A stretch of 64,000 bases of DNA. Origin: Thecamonas trahens ATCC 50062 (lineage: Eukaryota; Protista; Apusomonadida). How positions within the stretch are numbered: the stretch's first letter is position 1; each line of letters opens with the position of its first letter. Location of the stretch: contig NW_013657673.1 in assembly GCF_000142905.1 (NCBI RefSeq), positions 124,001 to 188,000 on the forward strand, written 5' to 3'. Shown here in pieces: positions 58,033 through 64,000 of the stretch. The notes under the pieces are model-generated. The model did no database searches. It was not told where the DNA came from and saw only the letters and a program-made list of their open reading frames with translations. The position numbers and the translations under genes are program-made.

Positions 58033-58904
58033 ATGTCTAACGCCAACAGAGATGCTGGCCTCAGTCGATTCTACCAGGCCGGCCCGACAGAGGAGGTGCT
58101 GAGTGGCGGGAGGAGGCGGGCGGGGCGGCGCGCGCAGTCGTTCGCGTCGTTTGCGCGTTCCCACTTTCGGGCGACGGTTCATGCCAGTTACTCGGCCATC
58201 TACCTCGCCCCGCTTCTGTCAGAGGCCAGAGCGATTCGGCACGAGGCGCTGCAGGCTTTGGCTAGCCTTACTTCCGCCTTTTCTCGCCGAGCTGCAAGGT
58301 TCGGCTCGAGGAGCATGTGCTGGCAAGCGAGATGGAGATCGCAACCAGTGCTGACGGGCAGATGGCGACAAGCGATGCGCTAGCGTTGGTGGCAGCAAAG
58401 CGGCGGAAGCGGTCTCGAAGCCGCAGCCGGGCCGAGCTTGTGACGCTTGTTCTCACCGACGTCGATGTGTGCCCAGGCGAGGGGTGGAACTATGTGTTTG
58501 GCCTCGCGCGTGCGGTCGACGGCGCGGCGGTGGCGTCGAGCGCGCGGACGATGGGCAGTGAGGCACCGGACGATGTACGGCTTCTGTTCAAGGTGTCAGC
58601 ACACGAGATCTGCCACCTCTTTGGCCTTAAGCACTGCAAGAGGTACACGTGTCTGATGAACGCCACAAACTCGCTCGACGAGCTGGAGGCCAAGCCGTAC
58701 CATCTCTGCCCGCCGTGCCTCCGCAAGCTCGCCGCTGGGCTGGGTGCGGACGATGACGCCCTGGCGGCGCGGTATGTGCGAATGTGTGAGGTTTACACCA
58801 AGCACGGCATTGGAATCGAGGCCTTGGAAGCGCGGTTGGCTTGGGTCGCTAGCAGTAGCGGTTGTAGCGGGAGCGGGAGCTCTACTCCCAGTCGGCAGCT
58901 TTGA
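58033..58904 (+). CDS. Archaemetzincin (peptidase M54, AMZ-like); one apparent frameshift, ~290 aa
   Basis: HEICHLFGLKHC, CLMN Met-turn, LCPPCLRKL, WNYVFGLA. The N-terminal part (QSFASF...IYLAPL...SAFF) joins with +1 T at 58279-58282. Confidence 0.85.
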
Positions 58905-60048
58905 GGAGGGCGAGGACGTCCGGGTAGACAAGCGTGTGGGCGTTGAGGCCCCACACAAAGTCGGCGTGGCCAAGATTGGGGTAGATCTTGTCCATGACAA
59001 CGGCGTCGAGTGGGAGCTGCGACTTGAGCCAGGCAACGTCTGTGGGGTCCGCCAGCTTGTCACGGCCGCCAGAGAAGAGGCCGACCTTGCCGGCAAAGGC
59101 GGCGAGGTTGTAGAGCGGAGGGGTGGTGCGGTTGTAGTGGGCAACGTTGGCGGAGACCGAGCCGTAGTCATAGGCCTGGAAGGTCTCGGTATTCACGCCC
59201 TGCTTAAAGTGGATGATGTCCTGGACCGAGGTCGGCGACGGGAAGTACTCAAAGAGGACATCGAAGCGGGTCTTGTTGAGGTTGGCCGAGTCGCAGCCGG
59301 CGACAAGGCACACGATCTCGTTGCAGAGCGACTTTTCCACCTCGCACACCGCCGGCAGCAGCTTGGAGACGGTCGCCGGATCGAGGTTAAACTCGCCGTG
59401 GCCGAGAATCTCGTACACCCACTTTGTCGGCAGGTCAGCCACGAGCTTGAACGGGCCGAGGTCGACGTGGTAGACGCGGGCAACAGGGGCGAGGGCGGCG
59501 ACAACAGCAATGGAGGCGGCGTCGCCGGGCTCGAGCCCGGCAAACGCCATCATGGTGCCCTGCGAGTGCCCAATGTAGCCGATCTTGCCCGAGCCGGTAG
59601 TGGCGCGGACGTAGGCGACCATGGCCGGCATGTCCAGGCTCGCCATCTGATCCCAGGAGAAGGCCCAGAAGCAGGCCTCCGACGGGTCGCAGCCCGGCGG
59701 GCCCTCCCAGCTCTGCCCGTTCCCGCGCGCGTTGCCAAACCACACATCGTAGCCAGCGTCATAGAGGATGAAGCCGAGCGACTCGTTGGGTTCGTTGACC
59801 AGCCACGTCGCCGCCGAGTCGACCAGCCCGTGCTGCAGGTACACCGCCTTTGCGCCCTTGCGTGGAATCCGCTGCATCAGCAGCTTGTAGCCATCCGCCG
59901 TCGTCACGTAGTGCTCCTCCAGCGGGTAGCCTGCGCCTGTGATCAGCGCGCCGATGTCGGTCCGCGGTGGCCGCTGTGCCGACGCCGACACCGCCAGTGT
60001 AACCATCGCCACGGCCAGCGTGAGCATGACCACGGTCAGCGTCGTCAT
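58882..60048 (-). CDS. Secreted or lysosomal acid lipase (LIPA/gastric lipase family), 388 aa
   Basis: Signal peptide, GYPLEEHYVTTADGY, LQHGL, GYDVWFGNARGN, GHSQG nucleophile, D-K-L and H-A-D-F-V-W catalytic motifs. Confidence 0.95.
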   Translation of the reverse strand: MTTLTVVMLTLAVAMVTLAVSASAQRPPRTDIGALITGAGYPLEEHYVTTADGYKLLMQRIPRKGAKAVYLQHGLVDSAATWLVNEPNESLGFILYDAGYDVWFGNARGNGQSWEGPPGCDPSEACFWAFSWDQMASLDMPAMVAYVRATTGSGKIGYIGHSQGTMMAFAGLEPGDAASIAVVAALAPVARVYHVDLGPFKLVADLPTKWVYEILGHGEFNLDPATVSKLLPAVCEVEKSLCNEIVCLVAGCDSANLNKTRFDVLFEYFPSPTSVQDIIHFKQGVNTETFQAYDYGSVSANVAHYNRTTPPLYNLAAFAGKVGLFSGGRDKLADPTDVAWLKSQLPLDAVVMDKIYPNLGHADFVWGLNAHTLVYPDVLALLKAADWE

Positions 60049-60627
60049 GTTGCGTGCCTGTGGCTAATGCTTTGGCTTGGGGGGGGGGGGAAGCGACGCC
60101 GTTTCGGTCCGAGGTCGAACGGAGGTCCTTGAGACGGCTGCTGTGCTAGGCGGGAGCGGCGGGGGGCAGGGACGAGAGGGGAGGGAAGGCCGAGGCGTGC
60201 GGACCTTTTTTGCGCCCTCTTCCCGTACGGCGGCATGTGACCTGGTGGAGCGAGGAGAGAGGGTGGGAAGAGGGATGGGGTGGCGGGGAAAGCGGGGCGC
60301 GGGGGGGGAGAGGGAAGGGGTTGCGGGAGTAGTAAGAGGGCGTAGGATCACTCCTACGGTTGTGTAGCGAACGATTCTCAGCATAGAGCAAGGTTGTGAT
60401 GGGGACCATTGTCCGGGGTCGGACCTGCCTTCCCCCGCGTGTCGGTGTAGGTTCCTTGTCAGTGTTGGACCTTTTGCTGGGTTCTTGATTTTCCCCCGCC
60501 AATGCCACTCGTATAGAGAGCGGGGCGAATCAATGAATGGCTTTGTTTGGCGAATGATAGGCGGAGGGGGAAAAAGGATCACGACGAGGACCAGCACGGG
60601 CACCACTTCACGCTCGACTGTTTCGCA

Positions 60628-63333
60628 ATGGTCCTGCCTGAGATTGCGGCCACGCTGCCGCTCATTCTCGCGCCCGCTCTGGGCTTTGCGTTTGCTGCGC
60701 TCTATGTCTACCAGGTTTCCCAGGTTTCTCTGGATGACCGCAGAGGTATGTCGGGTATGTTGCTGCGCCGTTGTTGCCGCCTTTGATGGCCCCCTGCTGC
60801 CGTCTAGCCTGTCATCCACTGTGATGGGGTGAAGCGCCAGCAGAGTGAGCCCCTTTTTCTGGCCGATGATGCAGAGGGCGTCGCGGCCAGCGGCCGCAAC
60901 ACCGCGGGCGAGGTTGAGCAGCACCTCCTGTAGGACAGCCGTGATGTTGGAGGGGCGGCGGTGGGCAGGAGTTGGCGTAGAGCCTCCTCCTGTATGGCGG
61001 CTGACGGGTGAGCGTGAATTTTTTTCAGCACCCGGTTTGCTTGCTTGGTTTAGGGTTTTCTTGGCGAGGGTGTGCAGCCAGACTCACGGGGGGGGGTTCT
61101 ACGGCGGCAAAGCAGGCTCGATCCAGGAGGAGGAGGCCGGCCTTGTCGGGTCTTCCGGCGCGGCGACGCCCGCGCAGATGAAGCGTATCCGTGAGATCAC
61201 CAGCTTTATCACGCGCGGAGCGCGTTCGTTCCTCTTTGCCGAGTACCGCTACATGGCTGTGTTCATTGTGGTCTTCGGCCTCATTGTGCTCATCTCGCTT
61301 GGCCTTGCTTCGCCGCTCGGCTGGCCCGATGGTGTGTTCACTGCCATCTCGTTTGTTGCCGGTGCGATCGCGTCGATTGTTTCTGGCTACATCGGCATGT
61401 CGATTGCGGTGTACGCCAACGGGCGTGTTGCCGTCTCGGCCATGGGCCCGCAGGTTGCGCCCGGCCGTCCGGACAACGCGTACCGCCGTGGCTTCACTGT
61501 TGCGTTCAAGTCTGGCGCCGTGATGGGCTTTGCCCTCTGCGCGCTCGCGCTCATTGTGCTCTTTGTGCTTGTGTGCCTCTTCTACCTCCGCTGGCCGTAC
61601 CTTGAGGGCGATAACCTCAAGGTCCGCTTTGACCGCACTGTTGCCCTCTACGAGGCGCTCGCTGGCTTTGGCCTCGGCGGCTCGTCGATTGCGCTCTTCG
61701 GGCGCGTCGGTGGCGGCATCTACACCAAGGCTGCCGACGTCGGTGCCGACCTTGTCGGCAAGGTCGAGCAGGGCATTCCCGAGGACGACCCGCGCAACCC
61801 GGCCGTCATTGCCGACAACGTCGGTGACAACGTCGGTGACGTTGCCGGCATGGGTGCCGACCTGTTCGGCTCGTTTGCCGAGGCCACCTGCGCCGCCCTT
61901 GTGGTTGCGTCGACCTCGCCGTCGAAGGAGCTCGCCCTCGACTGGACCGCCATGAACTACCCGCTCATGATCTCGGCCGGCGGCCTCCTCTCGTGCTTCC
62001 TCACCTCGTTTGTGGCCACGCACATCGCGCCGGTCACCCGCAAGTCTGAGATCGAGAAGTCGCTCAAGTACCAGCTCTTTGTCTCGACCATCATCATGAC
62101 CCCCGTGCTGTACGGGCTCTCCGTCGGGTACCTCCCCAAGGAGTTCTGGGTCGGCCGCTGCGGCGACTGCTGGGACACCCGTGGCCTCCCGATCACCGTC
62201 GACGAGCTCTGCGGCGCCATCAAGACGTGCCAGAAGGTGCAGTCGTACTACATGTTTTTCTGCGGCGCGGCCGGCCTCTGGTCGGGCCTTGCCATCGGTC
62301 TCATCACCGAGTACTGGACCTCGCACACCTACCAGCCCGTGCGCAACCTCTCGCGCACGTGCGGCGAGACCGGTGCGGCGACGAACATCATTCTTGGCCT
62401 CGCCCTCGGCTACAACTCGGTCATCATCCCCTCGATCTGCATTGCGGTCACCATCTACGTCTCGCAGCGCCTCGCCGGTATGTTCGGCATCGGTATTGCC
62501 GCCCTCGGCATCCTCTCGACTCTCGCCACCGGCCTCACGATCGACTCGTACGGCCCGATCTCCGACAACGCCGGTGGTGTTGCCGAGATGTGCGAGCTCG
62601 GTGACTCGACTCGCGAGCGGACCGACGCCCTCGATGCTGCCGGCAACACGACGGCCGCCATTGGCAAGGGCTTCGCCATCGGCTCGGCTGCCTTTGTCTC
62701 GCTGGCCCTCTTCGGTGCCTTTGTCACTCGCGCTGACATCGAGGTCGTCGACCTCATGGCTCCCTTCCCCTTCGCCGGCCTCCTCATCGGCGCCATGCTC
62801 CCGTACTGGTTCTCCGCCATGACGATGGGCGCCGTCGGCCGTGCCGCCGACGAGATGGTCCACGAGGTCCAGCGCCAGTTCCGCGAGATGCCCGGTCTCA
62901 TGGAGGGCACCACCCTGCCCGACTACGAGCGCTGCATCACCATTTCGACCACCGCGTCGCTCAAGGAGATGATCGCCCTGGCGCTCTCGTCATGATCACC
63001 CCGCTCTTTGTCGGCTGCATCTTTGGCGTCGACGCCCTGGCTGGTGTCCTCGCCGGCATTCTCGTCTCTGGCGTCCAGATCGCCATTGCCTCGTCCAACT
63101 CGGGCGGTGCTTGGGACAACTGCAAGAAGTACATCGAGGAGGGCAAGTACGGTGGCAAGAACTCGGATGCCCACCACGCTGCCGTCATCGGTGACACCGT
63201 CGGTGACCCGCTCAAGGATACCTCGGGCCCGTCGACCAACATCATCCTCAAGCTCTCGGCTGTCGAGTCGCTCGTCTTCGCTCCGCTCTTCATGAAGATC
63301 AAGGATGGTAAGGGTCTCGTCGGCTACTTCTAA
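60628..63333 (+). CDS. Membrane H+-translocating pyrophosphatase, K+-dependent type; exons 60628-60745 and 61116-63333, one apparent frameshift, ~778 aa
   Basis: [51 protein letters not shown] (Ala at the K+-dependence position), [15 protein letters not shown]. Adding one C at 62976-62978 restores [13 protein letters not shown]. Confidence 0.96.
60746..61115 (+). other. Spliceosomal intron of the H+-PPase gene (370 nt, phase 1)
   Basis: GTATGT donor, GACTCAC at 61081-61087, GCAG acceptor in the correct phase. Confidence 0.7.
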
Positions 63334-63475
63334 GCTGTCGCCCCCAATCTTAAAATTTTCCAATCGAGAGCCTCTCCGCTGTCGACCATCGCCTGCCTGC
63401 CCGTCGCCCGTCCACACCACTCCCCTCCCACTTCCCTACCACCGCCACTCACCGCCACCCACCGCCACCCCCACC

Positions 63476-64000
63476 ATGCCCGCCCGCACTCCGCCCACCC
63501 TCCGCCACCAGGTCTTCCGCTGTGTCTCGTCACTTCCGGTGGTACTCGTTGCGGCTATGCTGGCCTGGGGTGGCCACACTGCGCTGTTTGTGGTCACGCC
63601 GTACCTCCTCGCCTCGCCGGCGGCGCAGACGTCGGCGCTGTTCGCAGGAGCAACGTACGCGGCATCGGCGGCGTTTGCGGCCACGCTTGTGGCGGGAACG
63701 GTGGCATACGGCCACACGGTGGCCTGCACCCGCGGCAATGCTGTCCCGCTGGTCTTTGCCTCGGACTCGCCGGCACGGATCCGGCGGGTGGAGAGGGCTC
63801 TGGCCGGTGGCGCCGCCCCGGGCGAGCTGGAGAGCCTTGCCGACCGCAATCTGGCTGTGGTGGCGATGACGGTCAAGGAGCGGACGGGCGGTGGGCGCAA
63901 GTTCCGCTATTGTCGCCCGTGCGGCGCCTTTAAGCCTGATCGCGCCCATCACTGCTCCACATGCGGCCGCTGTGTGCTGCGGATGGACCACCACTGCCCT
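63476..64000 (+). CDS. DHHC palmitoyltransferase (5' part, runs off the window)
   Basis: Own translation from ATG 63476: two hydrophobic segments, then [32 protein letters not shown]. Confidence 0.93.
   Translation, partial: MPARTPPTLRHQVFRCVSSLPVVLVAAMLAWGGHTALFVVTPYLLASPAAQTSALFAGATYAASAAFAATLVAGTVAYGHTVACTRGNAVPLVFASDSPARIRRVERALAGGAAPGELESLADRNLAVVAMTVKERTGGGRKFRYCRPCGAFKPDRAHHCSTCGRCVLRMDHHCP

Noticed and set aside
62992-63333. Separate 113-aa gene, or a pseudogenised H+-PPase
   Set aside because: It is the conserved C-terminus of the PPase. One added C restores the canonical sequence and there is no other decay.
1-64000. Prokaryotic origin, operon, defence island or functional gene cluster
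   Set aside because: Spliceosomal introns and eukaryote-specific genes (SEC23, CSE1, UTP3, DHHC, Miro) are present. Neighbouring genes are functionally unrelated, and I saw no transposase, integrase, tRNA or rRNA.

Overview
This is gene-dense, very GC-rich nuclear DNA from an intron-poor unicellular eukaryote. The style is consistent with an apusomonad such as Thecamonas, which is an inference I cannot verify. About 24 unrelated protein-coding genes are separated mostly by short spacers of roughly 75-300 bp. In order: a partial rhodanese-like protein, an ABCG half-transporter, a PhyH-like dioxygenase, an orphan repeat protein, an RPC31-like Pol III subunit, Sas10/Utp3, a ~2,345-aa FG-GAP/beta-helix/Cys-rich/multi-TM receptor-like protein, a PARP1-like enzyme, a fatty acid hydroxylase/sterol desaturase, a secreted Cys-rich protein, a PROSER3-like protein, a truncated Miro GTPase, a double-AAA ATPase, an F-box/LRR/coiled-coil protein, an SSUH2-like protein, a ~4,700-aa coiled-coil protein with 42-bp and 75-bp tandem repeats, EFCAB10-like, mL45/Tim44-like, SEC23, CSE1, an archaemetzincin, an acid lipase, a K+-dependent H+-PPase and a partial DHHC palmitoyltransferase. 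Several window-wide patterns stand out. (i) Single 5'-proximal introns have GTACG-type donors, an ACTCAC branch-like motif and poly-G/poly-C tracts; one of them splits the CSE1 start codon (A|TG). (ii) A sense-oriented CGCCAAT box lies ~80-140 bp upstream of many starts. (iii) There are eight frameshifts, seven of them repaired by adding one base to a homopolymer run, most likely sequencing error. I found no rRNA, tRNA, CRISPR array or mobile element. I found no clear multi-gene novel system; the best novelty candidates are individual protein architectures and the gene-structure grammar.
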